Assembly: GCA_026023565.1 (NCBI GenBank)
Contig: JAPETS010000012.1
Span: 310,001 to 374,000, forward strand
Direction: 5' to 3'
DNA length: 64,000 nucleotides
Origin: Cirrosporium novae-zelandiae
Lineage: Eukaryota
The first letter of the stretch is position 1, and every line of letters begins with the position of its first letter. Below the pieces are notes generated by a model. The model saw nothing but the letters and a program-made list of their open reading frames with translations. It was not told the DNA's origin and ran no database searches. Made by a program: the position numbers and the translations under genes. This document shows, piece by piece, positions 24,940-35,928 of the stretch.

Positions 24940-25449
24940 TTTTATTTATTGGCTCGTGTAAGTTATATATTATATAATATAGATTATAGAGAAATAGAGA
25001 AGCGAATAAATAGAGAAGCAGATGGCTATTTAGTGGGAAACAGGGAGATTTAAATACCCTGGGGACATTGGGCACAGACGTCGCGTTCACAAACCAACTG
25101 ACTGTGTCGGTGATGAACATTTGATGATTTTGGTAGGAACCAATCTGTGCACTAGGCATATGATGCTAGATCCAAAGCCCGAGCGAGAGAAAGGATGTTC
25201 GAGCGGGAAAATCAGATATACCTAAATGCAGAACCTTGAAGTTAAAAAATCAAGCATGATCAAATGTATGGTTAAGTTCCTCGTTTCACACAATACTACC
25301 TCTGCCATCTACTGAGGTTATGACCGATCAGAGCATCAGAGGGAAGGAAATGGATCTTGATACAGATGTCGACACTGGCCCACGCTGGATAGGTATTCTC
25401 CCCTAACAGCTAGAATAATCAAAATAGAATTTTGACTGACTTTCACTCT

Positions 25450-25750
25450 TTACTTGGCCAGTAAATAGGCTTTTGGACAATGGCTCAAACTTTTTGATAC
25501 AGACCGAATGAAGTTTGAAGTTGAAACAATCGGCCTTCAACAACCAACAAAGCCAGTTTAGATTAACTAAGTTCTATCCGAGAGCGAACTCAACTTTGTC
25601 TAGCATCATTTGATCATATATTAGCGAGCATCTTGCAAAACAGGAGTTTGTTAGAAGTAGGGCACTTGATACCTTATGATCATGGAAGCAGCATGGGATA
25701 AACACAATGCCCTCCTTTACCCAAACGGAAAAGAATCAGCTCTTCTTTGA
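25450..25750 (+). pseudogene. Possible decayed coding remnant
   Basis: One frame reads protein-like (AFGQWLKLFDTDRMKFEVETIGLQQP...YLMIMEAAWDKHNALLYPNGKES) but is broken mostly by TAG/TAA, and an intron-like GTATTC...CTGAC...CAG precedes it. No family recognised. Confidence 0.3.
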
Positions 25751-26037
25751 TCCTCTGCGAGACATCTAGCAACGGAACACATAAAAGCAGGTAGGTCAAT
25801 ACAACTACAACCTAGATGATTCTGGTGCCAATTTCTGTATTGTTCGATCTAGCAATATAGAAGGCTCTCTCTCGATCTTCTTGCGTATATAAGTGTAATA
25901 TGTGATGAAATTTGCCTAGTCTCTCCTCAACTTAGCCATCATTACATTGCAAATCGATATTAGTTATAAAAACATTCTTCTTCAAGACAAACCAATCCTT
26001 ACACCATTTGACAACTACCCGAACGAAATATCCAATC

Positions 26038-26386
26038 ATGTTGAATTTCACAGTCTATGTCAAAAAAGGTACATGGTGAAATCCAACACAATACCAGCTA
26101 TTGAAAATCAACTAACTTGATCACCATAGTCAATCGGGAGGGCAGCGCCGCCATTGAAACATCAAGGATGGATACCGTTTATGACTTGAAAAAAAAGGTG
26201 GAAGCCAAAATGGGGATTCGAACTGAGGAGCAGCGATTGATTGCGGGGGGGTATGAAATGCGATTGAGGGATGATGATGGATATGAAATGACGGTGGGAG
26301 ATTATGAACTTGAACATGGAAGTGCGGTTCACTTTGCTTTGAGATTGCACGGAGGAGCTTCGCAAGTCATTACTGTGAAGAAATGA
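26038..26386 (+). CDS. Divergent single-domain ubiquitin-like protein ending LRLHGG plus a 9-aa tail
   Basis: Exon 1 ATG at 26038 (MLNFTVYVKK), intron GTACAT...ACTAAC...TAG, then DTVYDLKKKVEAKMGI..EEQRLI.GG...TVGDYEL..GSAVHFALRLHGG, a ubiquitin beta-grasp pattern. TATATAA lies near 25886. Confidence 0.8.
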
Positions 26387-26688
26387 CACGTGATGGAAGG
26401 AAGAGAGAGAATATGTCTTACTTGGTTGTGTCTGACTTGGCTAAATAATGAAGCGACTGATACCAAAGTAGATAGTTGGCGACTGACAATAAAAACCCGA
26501 TAAAAGCATGTTTCATGAATCGTAAATCATGAATCAATCATACTTTGGTAGGCTTGAGACTTGAGATTTTGAAGTCGGACCGGACCGCCGGGAGTGTTTA
26601 GGGTAGATTAGTTGCCTTGATAATTAACTATCGAGGTGATTAATGTGAGTTGTCTCTTCTCTCAACGTGGGCATGCACGAAAAGGTAC

Positions 26689-26771
26689 CTTAGTTATTTC
26701 CTAGTTATTTCTTAGTTATTTCTTAGTTATTTCTTAGTTACCTCGGTACCTTAGGTATTTCTTAGTTATTT
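26689..26771 (+). repeat. Tandem repeat of 11-bp unit CTTAGTTATTT (about 7 imperfect copies)
   Basis: Directly visible tandem array. Confidence 0.85.
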
Positions 26772-26941
26772 AACATACCTTGCCAAATTCAGTATTATTA
26801 CACGTATGGCTAGCTTAATGCTTGCCTAGACCATTGTGTGAAGCTTTCCCTAAGCAAATATTCCCCTGGTTAATCAAGGTTCAACCCCACCTATCATTGG
26901 TCGGACCACGGCAAGTGGAACCTCAACATGTGGAAATCCAG

Positions 26942-26999
26942 CCCCAAGTCACCCCAAGTCACCCCCAAGTCACCCCCAAGTCACCCCCCCCCAAGTCAC
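26942..26999 (+). repeat. Tandem repeat (C)nAAGTCA, 5 copies with variable C-run
   Basis: Directly visible tandem array. Confidence 0.85.
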
Positions 27000-27655
27000 T
27001 CCAAAGCCTAGGTACCGTGGCTACGTATCCACGGTACCACATCCAAGTAGCCCAGTAACCCAGTAACCCAGAAAAACTCAACTAGACTGTTTCTGTATAT
27101 TTTACTTGATATCTCCAAGCCCCCCCCCCCCCATTCCTCCCATTCTTCGTCCACTCAATCCCATCCCATAGCTGGCTTTCCATAAATATTTTTCCGATTT
27201 TCCTAATTTTCCAATCATCAATGTCTTGGTTAAAACCCCACCATAACGGTCTGCGGGCCGTCTGCAGGCACTATCATTGTCCAAGTCAAGACTAACTAAA
27301 CAAAATGGTTCAAAGTCGTTCAATCGGCAATTCCTTTTTTATGCCCAGGGCCGTTTGACCCGTAAAAAGACACGGTCTCCCTTATCCATTACTATGGATC
27401 GGCCTTAAATCGTTCAAAACAATCGTGTAATGATACATGTTAACCTATAATTGGTAGAACCTCGTACCAAAAGTACCCATCAATTGGGATCGAGATCACT
27501 CACACGCACACATCCCAGAACTGTTATCACAAAAGTTTTGCAAAAAAAAGCCATTGACGCAAACCTTTGTTAATTTCCCAAGGTGCCCTCTTCATTTCTT
27601 CATTCCTCTACTTGAAATCACACTTGACTAGTTGTGGGAGCAACAAAAAGACAAT

Positions 27656-28822
27656 ATGGAAGGAGTTGACCCTCAAGTTGCGTATTTATTTATTTTCAAT
27701 TGTTCTAGCTTCTTCCCTACATATTCATGATTACTGACAATTTTTTGAAATGTCGTAAAGGAACTTAGCCCTACAGCATATCCACAAGGCAATGACTTTC
27801 ACCAAATATGGTATCTCATGTTCGATCACAAGTTCTACCTCGCCCCCGTTCCAATAGAAACCACCCACCGCATTCTCGACGTTGGTACCGGAGGAGGTGA
27901 ATGGCCCTTGGCAATTTCAGAGAAATTTCAGCATGCCGAAATCATTGGCACAGACATTACACCAGTGGTGCAGACCGAGAAGGCTCCAAATGTCTCCTAC
28001 ATGATTGATGATTTGTCTAAAGAATGGACTGTGGAGGGCGAATTCGATTATATTCATGCGAGGGCTCTCGTGTCGGTGGTGAAGGACTGGAGACACTTTT
28101 TCGAGCAGGCATATGAGTACGAATCCCAAATTCATTTGATCTCAGATCTGGAGTCACAATAAGCCAGATCAACCGACAACAACCATGTCAGTTTTTTTTC
28201 AAGGCCTCCCCATAGTACGCTAGCCCCAGGCTCGCAATTTCCTTCGACCGCCCACATTACATTCTCATTCCATTGGAAGCTAACATTTGACAATCTAGGA
28301 AATTAAAGCCCGGCGGCTGGGTTGAACTCGACGAATTTACCTTTCCACTTCTCTGCGAGTCTGGATTTGCTCCCGACGACCTCGTAATTGACTGGTCACA
28401 CAAATTCTATAGCGCCTGCTTCTGCCGCGGCATAGATCTGTCAAATATCGTAGGTCTAGAAGATGAAATAGCTTCGGCCGGTTTCATCAATGTCAGCAAA
28501 CGAAATAAAAAATTTCCATTCAACCCTTGGGGCGAGGAGCCTCAGATGTTAGAAGTAGGAGAACTATGCGCGAAGAGTTTAAGTGATGATCTATCGCCGC
28601 TGAGTGTGGCGCTATTTACACAGGCATTTGGGTGGTCAGAGGAGAACATTGTGACATATCTACAGGAAGTTAGGAAAGAAATTTTTAGTAAGGATGTGCA
28701 TAGGCAGGTTAGAGAGTGAGTCAAGCCACTTTCTCCTAGATTGTCCATGACTAATTTTATACCTTAGGTTTATTTATTATGCGCAGAAGCCAGAAGACTC
28801 GGAACCAGAATCAGAAGAATAA
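27656..28822 (+). CDS. LaeA-like / TAM-domain SAM-dependent methyltransferase, multi-exon
   Basis: LAPV, ILDVGTGGGEW, IGTDITP, FDYIHAR, LKPGGWVELDE, AGFINV, FTQAFGWS, and YAQKP end, as in fungal LaeA-like methyltransferases. Exon 1 is uncertain. Confidence 0.88.
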
Positions 28823-29811
28823 TGGCCACTTTAACGGAAATTGAACATAATATCTCTCTTCTATCAGAACATGTCCTAGGCATGATGGAATGGTAAGGGC
28901 CGAGGACCAAGGACGGTGAATAAATGTGGAAGGAAGTACAACTGGACAGATAAATCCCAGCAGGACAGGGTGGGCAAAAAAATCCTGACAAAGATAGGTA
29001 ACGACAGGGGGTTATCATTAGGCGGCTGGACCCCCTAGGCTCGGGGGTCTCCCACCCCTCAACAAAGGAGGGGCTGTCACAAAGCTACTTCAATAGTGGA
29101 TAGAAACCAAAGGACCTTTAAGGACTTATGAGTTATGAAGAATTTTCAAGCAAAACGCATCTCAAGACCAAGCCCCCCCCAGACCCAGAGAAAATAAGTT
29201 CCAGTCAAAAAAAAAACTGAGTTTTCACTTTTCAATTACAATACCTCTGGAGCATTTATTTTTTCCACAGGACAAGAGCAAAAATCAACATGACTTGACC
29301 TAAGAATCTTTTTTTTTTTTGGAAATCGGGCCTTTTTTTTTCCTGCATGCATCGCATCATCCTTCATGATTGATGGGACGACAACAAAAGTGGTGTGTGT
29401 GACACATGATAGGAAACAACATCAAATCAAATGGAGTAATTATCATTAACCGGATTTGAAGTTGCAAGAAGGCTCATGTTCACCCTAGTTAGACATGTCA
29501 AGTTTGCGCCTCACACTGGCTCGCGTATTTCTCAAGTTGTTGTTTGTTGTTTGTGCGTGCCCGATGAAAATCTACGAAGTACGGTAGGAAGCGAAAGCGC
29601 CGTAGATATCTACGCAAGTACCTAGAAGTACCACCAAGGTACCCACGCACGCCGACCATACCATCCGATCTCTCACTTAATTAACAGTACTAAAGTACCA
29701 ACAACCGACAGCGAAAGAGAAAAAAAAAAAGCAAATACCAGCACAAATATCTCTCTACCTAGAGGTAATTATTCAAATCTTCGATCTCTCTCCCCAACAA
29801 ACGCCTAGACA

Positions 29812-29832
29812 GGGGAGGGGGAGGGGGAGGGG
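29812..29832 (+). repeat. G-rich (GGGGGA)n tract, potential G-quadruplex
   Basis: Four runs of at least 4 G separated by single A. Confidence 0.5.
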
Positions 29833-32350
29833 CCTTTTCACAAATCTTTTAACGAATCATATATCTAAATCTATAGGTAGGTCCCCCCAAGTAAATCTGT
29901 TCTGTAACCAATAATTATATTCCCTCTCTTTTTCAAAACCCGGCCAGGGATGATAGATATGCCGAGACCATGACATTCGGTGGGTGGGGAAGAGAGGGAA
30001 ATTTTTTTAATAGGTAGGTAGGTAGGTTGGTAGGGAAAGTTATCTTATCTTATCATTTCCGATTGGATATGGATATGATAATGCTCCACAGTACTCGAGT
30101 ATGTATGTCCAGTATGTATGTACAGTATGTATGAAACAACCAACCAAGGAGTAACGAATAACGAATCAATAAAAAGACGAATTCTTCTTTTCTTTATTTT
30201 ATTTTTTCTCTCGTGCACACGTATACACATATATACATAGAACATAGAACATGGAATATGGAAATTGTTAAATACCGAATACTACAGGAATGTAAATATG
30301 TAAAGATGGATAGGGGGGATATGGATATCTTATCTTATCTCAAGATTATCTCGCACGTGTTGATCGAGGGTTAGTTAGTTCGGGGTTTGGGGTTTGGGTT
30401 ATATATTCTTGATGGGTATGGAAGGGAAGTTATGTGTGTATATGTACATGTATATGTGTATACCATGATGTTCATTTTTTATTCGTCTATCCCGTTGGTT
30501 AGGCCCGGGCCAGTTGGGGTGGGGGGTGAGATATTGTACTGTACAGCGGCATATAGATGAGCGAACGTCCAAGTATTTCTATTCCTGCTTCTGCTTGTAC
30601 CGTACTTAGGGTTTCATCCCCACATTCCCTAGTTATCCCCCCCCCCCCACTCACGGATGATAAACTACTAACCAACCAGCCAACCAACCAAGAACGAAGA
30701 AGCAAACAAATCTAGATTTAGCTCTAGATATTTTTATCTCGAAGCTCATATGGCTAGCTGTCTATCTATCTGTCTATCTCTCTCTCTCTTTTTTTTTCTA
30801 TGGCTATTTTATCTTGCTATCCATTCCCGGAATTGATACATGTGGATATAAAATCGCCTTTGGTTTTGGGGTTTGGGTTTATATATGTATGGAAGGGGAG
30901 GGAGATGAGGAGGAAGAAAGCGGTGTAATGAAACCCTTTAAGGCTATTACGTTACATAATATAGTTTATAGATGGACCTAGAGATTTCTGAATCTTGGGT
31001 CCTAAAAGAAATGATAGTGGATAGATAGATAGTTGAGATGAATGAGCGTGTATATGATATCTCGAATCTGAGGTAGTTCTATTGCGTATGTATTGTGTAT
31101 ATCCCATACCCCATCTCTCTCCCCACCTGAATATATTTATCTCGCCCCTTCATCACTAACCTAATGATCTAATATACTCTGGATCCAACCCAACTCAATC
31201 TGCCCTCAAAACATGGGATGTGTTTTGGTGTGTTCTATTCCTTGGTTTTTGTATTTTGGGGAAGAGATGGTAAGTATGGCGAGGAAGGAATGAAGGAAAT
31301 GTGGATGCTGTGGTTGTTATGTATAAGAATTTGGGGTCGCGGGTATGTCGAGAGCTGAGGATGGATAAAGTTGTAGGTAGGTGGGTGATTAGTTATCTAT
31401 GTATCTAACCTTTTTAGCCTTTCTCTCACTTCCTCTCATTGTCTGAGTGAGGCTTTTTGTTCATGGTTAATTAGTATTAGGTGCAATGATGAATTCAAAT
31501 GATAATAAACAAGGCCAAAGGGTAGGTACATGATTGCTTCTTTTCAAAAAATTTTATTTAGTTGGTCTAGCTAGCCAGAAATAAGGGGGAGAGGTGGAAA
31601 TACTTTGTTGTTGGTGTGAGGGGTGTGAACGAGAGTGGAAGGTTCGTTTGAGATGGGGTGGATATGTGAGATGCGACGCGTATGGGTAAAGGGGGTTGGA
31701 TGTGTACCTACCTCTACGTATGCGTCCTTCAAGGTTTGGTGAATTGGACGGCTGATGAAGGTGTACTGAGAGAGACTCTTCATCTGATTTCACGTTTAGG
31801 GATGGGGTTGTCAGAGATGTTGGATGAGGAGCTAAGAATGTTTCTAACAGAAAGGGTAGAGTTTAATGTGTATGCATGGGAGATCGGACCCACGCTGTAT
31901 GTAGAGAAGAAATTAAAGACCTACCTACCTGTGCTGGGGAGAACTTGATCTTATCTCCACCAGAGATGGTGAGGGCCCCAGCCAGGGTTGAGGAAAAGAG
32001 AATGTATCATCTATGAGTTGAACTGATGGCTTTGAGCTTAAGGTATTTCAGCTTGTGTTGATGAGATAAGGAGAAACCCGAAGATCTAGAAAGTGAAAAC
32101 GAAATGCATGGCCTGTGAATCGAACTGCTGCCCTTGAGTTTAAGGTGTTTTGAGCTTGTGTTGGAATGATTAGGGTGAGTTGAGGAGGACTACATTTAGA
32201 CAAATTCCGAGTATCATCAGTCCCAACTCCTATACTCTTCTCCCAACCAATTCCCTCAAAATAATCTCTCTCTACTCTGCAATTGCGTATTCAAAAACGA
32301 GTACCTGCCTACCTCCATTAATAAAATAATAATAATAATAATAGAATAGC

Positions 32351-32563
32351 AAAAAAGATAGACAGGCTGGGGCCAGCGCTAGACGCTTAGGGAAAGAGGA
32401 CACTCGGAACTTGGAAGGCTCTAGACGGCTTACCCACTGCGCCCTGTTGTCTCCAACACGGCTCTAAATCAAGCCCTGGCGGGTATACACCTCGACCAAG
32501 TCTTATCCCGCTAGACCAGTGGACCTTTCGGTGGCTGGGACGCTATTCCCCAACCTGTCTGTG
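32351..32563 (-). ncRNA. Putative ~200-nt structured non-coding RNA gene (five-way junction, Pol III-like architecture), family unidentified
   Basis: 13-bp terminal helix AGACAGGUUGGGG/CCCCAGCCUGUCU and four internal hairpins joined by 0-2 nt linkers. Two hairpins are capped by GAAA and GAGA. A T6 run follows the 3' helix and a TATA-rich tract lies ~15-30 nt upstream. No ORF. Confidence 0.7.
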
Positions 32564-32695
32564 ATTGGCCCTGTTATAATATAATATATACCTACCCTCC
32601 GAGACTGGTGCACCCTCACCTGATTGATTGAGATTAGATTAGGGATACCATCTCAACAAGCACCTCTCTTCCCATCAACCACAGCCACTCGTAGC

Positions 32696-33632
32696 ATGAC
32701 TCAATCTCTGGTGATCGTTGCCACCACCACCACCGCCGTCATTGCAGTTGTCTTCCAAGATCGCCAACCACCTCCACTCACAACATGAAGCTCACAACAT
32801 GGAGCTCTTCCTTACCTAAGACGAAGAGGCACTCCAATCTTTGATTATTCTTTCCTTGGCCTCTCCTCCCTTGGCCTCTCTTTTCTTGACCTCTCTTCCC
32901 TTAACCTCTTTGGAAAGCGATGGGATTTATGTGTGTTTGCTCTCTATCCATGATACGTACTAGACCACACTCTTTCCAGAAAGTAAGGTCGGTTCAACTT
33001 CTACCCACTCTTCCTGAGCTTAACAGCAACAATCTTTCGTATCGGAATGATCTATTGATCCTTGCAACCTGAATTCAACATTAGCAACACTTTCAATCAC
33101 GACACAGTTGCCTCTCCACTCTAGTAAAAGAGCCAATGTTGGGGAGGATCATACGAGTAGCAAACATACAAAAGCCCTTACATTATCGCATCCATCTCAT
33201 CACCATTGTGGTCATCAAGGAAGTCCTTTACTTATGAGGGAATAGATATTGACTCCACAAATCCTAGTATGCTCACAATGTCACTCTGATCCAATAGTTC
33301 CATCACTTCTCACTTATTCGAGTATTGTTCTTCTGAATGGATACATCACCGCACTCTCCATGGCAGTATGGACCCTTGGCTTTTCTTCGAATCATGAATA
33401 CAATGGTTAGATTCCTCCAACAATTCGAACGCTTATTATTTCCAGAGGCTAGAATACGATGATATAGGAAAAATCGAAACTCGGCAGTGAAACAGAGAGA
33501 TACGTCAAGTCCTAGAGGCTGGAGATAGTTGGATAGTATGATATCGACATTGCTTTCGTGCCTACCCTTGATTCATGGTATGTTGGGACGTTGAAGGAAA
33601 AGATGGTAGAAGCAGAACGACACCAAGGTTGA
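32696..33632 (+). pseudogene. Possible decayed coding remnant
   Basis: One frame in 33258-33632 reads protein-like (IPPTIRTLIISRG*...YDIDIAFVPTLDSWYVGTLKEKMVEAERHQG*) with internal stops that are all TAG. 15-bp codon-phase repeats lie at ~32850-32910. No family recognised. Confidence 0.25.
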
Positions 33633-34168
33633 GATAAACCTCTCGCTAACGGGATGTCGGATGTCGGGATGTCGGAGGTACAGGTCTTGGTATTGTCAAA
33701 TTCTCGCGGCGGAGATTTATCTACTCCTTCTGAATATATCACTATCACTCGTCTTGAAGGATTTAATTGATCTATAAAAATGGCTTCGCATACAGTTGGA
33801 AGCCATCCTTTGAAATAAAGTTATCGGCCTGATCTCGGGGTTTATACTGGTACGACTTGATTGATCACCGACAAGAAGCTTCATCGGAGGCCGAGGGATA
33901 GCTATCAACGAATGAATGTGAAGCAAGCTATGGACCTGTAACCACCGGAACCTATAAGCAGGTTAAGAAGCAATGATGTGAATCCATTGCCCCGGCATTG
34001 CGTATGTAGGGTATTGCTGCGGCTTACAATCTAGCATAGCAACTATACGAATATTTATAATCGCCCCCGGACCTACCCCGCCATATTATCTGCTCATTCA
34101 ACTACGCTACTGTTATAGGATTACTTAATAGCTTTTCAAACAGGTCATTTAATATAGGAGAAACGGAG

Positions 34169-35928
34169 ATGGCAGATAAATACTACATCGGCAGTGCGAT
34201 CAAGACACCAGCCCCTCATCATGAGTCCTTCAAAGCACTCTGGGAGACCAAATGGAAGAAAGCCGTATGTTACTGAGAAGTAGATTGCGCCAAAAAGAAC
34301 TCCCTCGAGGCTAAATTTGAGTGCTGGCACAGTGTGAAATGGGTATTTATCCGTTCATGTTTGGCACCATCAAAGATTTCCAGCCCGTGGTTGACGAATT
34401 AACCAGGGTATATTCCAATTGACATTCCCTATCACTTATATCACTGACATAATGTATAGAAAGACATGAAAGAGCCATACGACTGGGATGCCTATGCCTC
34501 GACGTTTTCCCCATATGCCGAAGCTCTCGTCGAGAAAGCGACAGAAGCTGAAAAGGCTGGAGAGAAAGAAAAGGCAAGCGAATTATACCTGTACAGCCAC
34601 TCATAAACCTAGAAATTGATAAATAGCTACTGATATAGTTGATAGAAGAGCATCAGCTATATACCGCATCTCCCGGTTCCCAATTCCACGATCCCCAAAG
34701 CAAAAGCAAGCATGGGAGAAAGGAAAAGAAGCCTGCATCAAAGGTTTGGGGTATGCAATACTTCCCCCAACAACTCTAGCCCTTCTCGAATACTCACCTC
34801 ATACTTCCTAGCCTCCGCGAGCATCCCGTACACGAAATCCTCGTCCCCCACACCTACGGGATCGAAGGAGAAGGCTCTCACATCCCCATCTACCACGCAG
34901 TACCCCCCAAAGCCTCCAAAATCCACCCAGCCGCAACCCTCATAATCTTCACCGGCCTCGACGGCTACCGAACCGAGCTCGCAGTCTGGATCAAAGGCTT
35001 TATCGCGCTCGGTGTGGCTGTCATTGTCGTCGAGATTCCTGGGACGGGAGATTCTCCGGCCCTTCCGAGCGACCCCAAAGGAGCTGATAGGCAGTGGTCG
35101 AGTTTGCTGGACTGGATTGACCAGCAGGAGGCACTTGACAGCAAGAAGGTCGCTGTGTGGGGGTTTTCAACTGGTGGATATAGTGCCATTCGGATTGCGC
35201 ATACCCACGCGGAGAGGTTGGCAGGAGTGGTATGCTTAGGGGGAGGATGCCATCATATGTTTGATCCAGAATGGACAGACGAGGTGAATCATTTGGAATA
35301 CCCATTTGAGTAAGTGATCAAGACCTCAAACTCGCAAAAAACAATTATCATCAACAAACAGCAATTAACATATATGCACCTCTTCCCCCCAACAGTCTCG
35401 CAGGAAGTCTCGCCCACAAATTCGGCTATGGTAACGACATCACGACTTACAAAAAAGAAGCTAGCGAGAAATTCTCTCTGCTGAAGGATGGAACCTTGGA
35501 TAAACCAGGCTGTGCCAGATTGCTGTTGATCAACGTACGTCGAAAAAGAAAACGCTCTTTCTTCTTCCACCCATTTTATTTCCTAAACACCAGCCCCCCC
35601 CCAAACCCAGACCAAACCTAACATCTCTCCCCACAAACCCACAGGGCCTAGGCGATGAAATCTTCCCCATCGATGACATGTACATAGCCTTACAACACGG
35701 TTCCACTAAAGAAGCACGGTAAGCCTCATCCCCCCCTCCCTTCCCTCCTCTATCCAACTCACCTCCCAACTCCAAACTAACACCCCCTCCAGCTTCATCC
35801 CAGCCACAAAACACATGGGCGAACCAGCCTCATTCTTCATAATCCTCCCTTGGCTCTACAAGCTGCTAGGCGTCCAAGGAAATGCGGGGGAACAGATGTC
35901 GACGATTCCGTTCAAGGCTAAGTATTGA
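34169..35928 (+). CDS. ayg1: Ayg1/Yg1-like alpha/beta hydrolase (polyketide chain-shortening family), multi-exon
   Basis: HHESFKALWETKWK, GIYPFMFG, YRISRFP, GLDGYR, EIPGTGDSPA, nucleophile VWGFSTGGY, HHMFD..W....HLEYPF, HMGEP. These match my recollection of the Ayg1 family. Confidence 0.8.

Noticed and set aside
26689..26999. Short repeat arrays as CRISPR or telomeric repeats
   Set aside because: Eukaryotic context, no unique spacers and not TTAGGG. These are simple minisatellites.
32438..32464. GAGCCGUG...GAGA hairpin (minus strand) resembling group II intron domain V
   Set aside because: The 3' strand lacks the CGGUUC pairing partner and the helix is too short. No domain VI or exon context is present.
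32515..32530. GAAAGGUCCAC resembling RNase P/MRP CR-I
   Set aside because: Its only complementary partner lies mid-molecule, not just before the 3' strand of the terminal helix, and there is no CR-V consensus. A covariance-model search should still confirm this.
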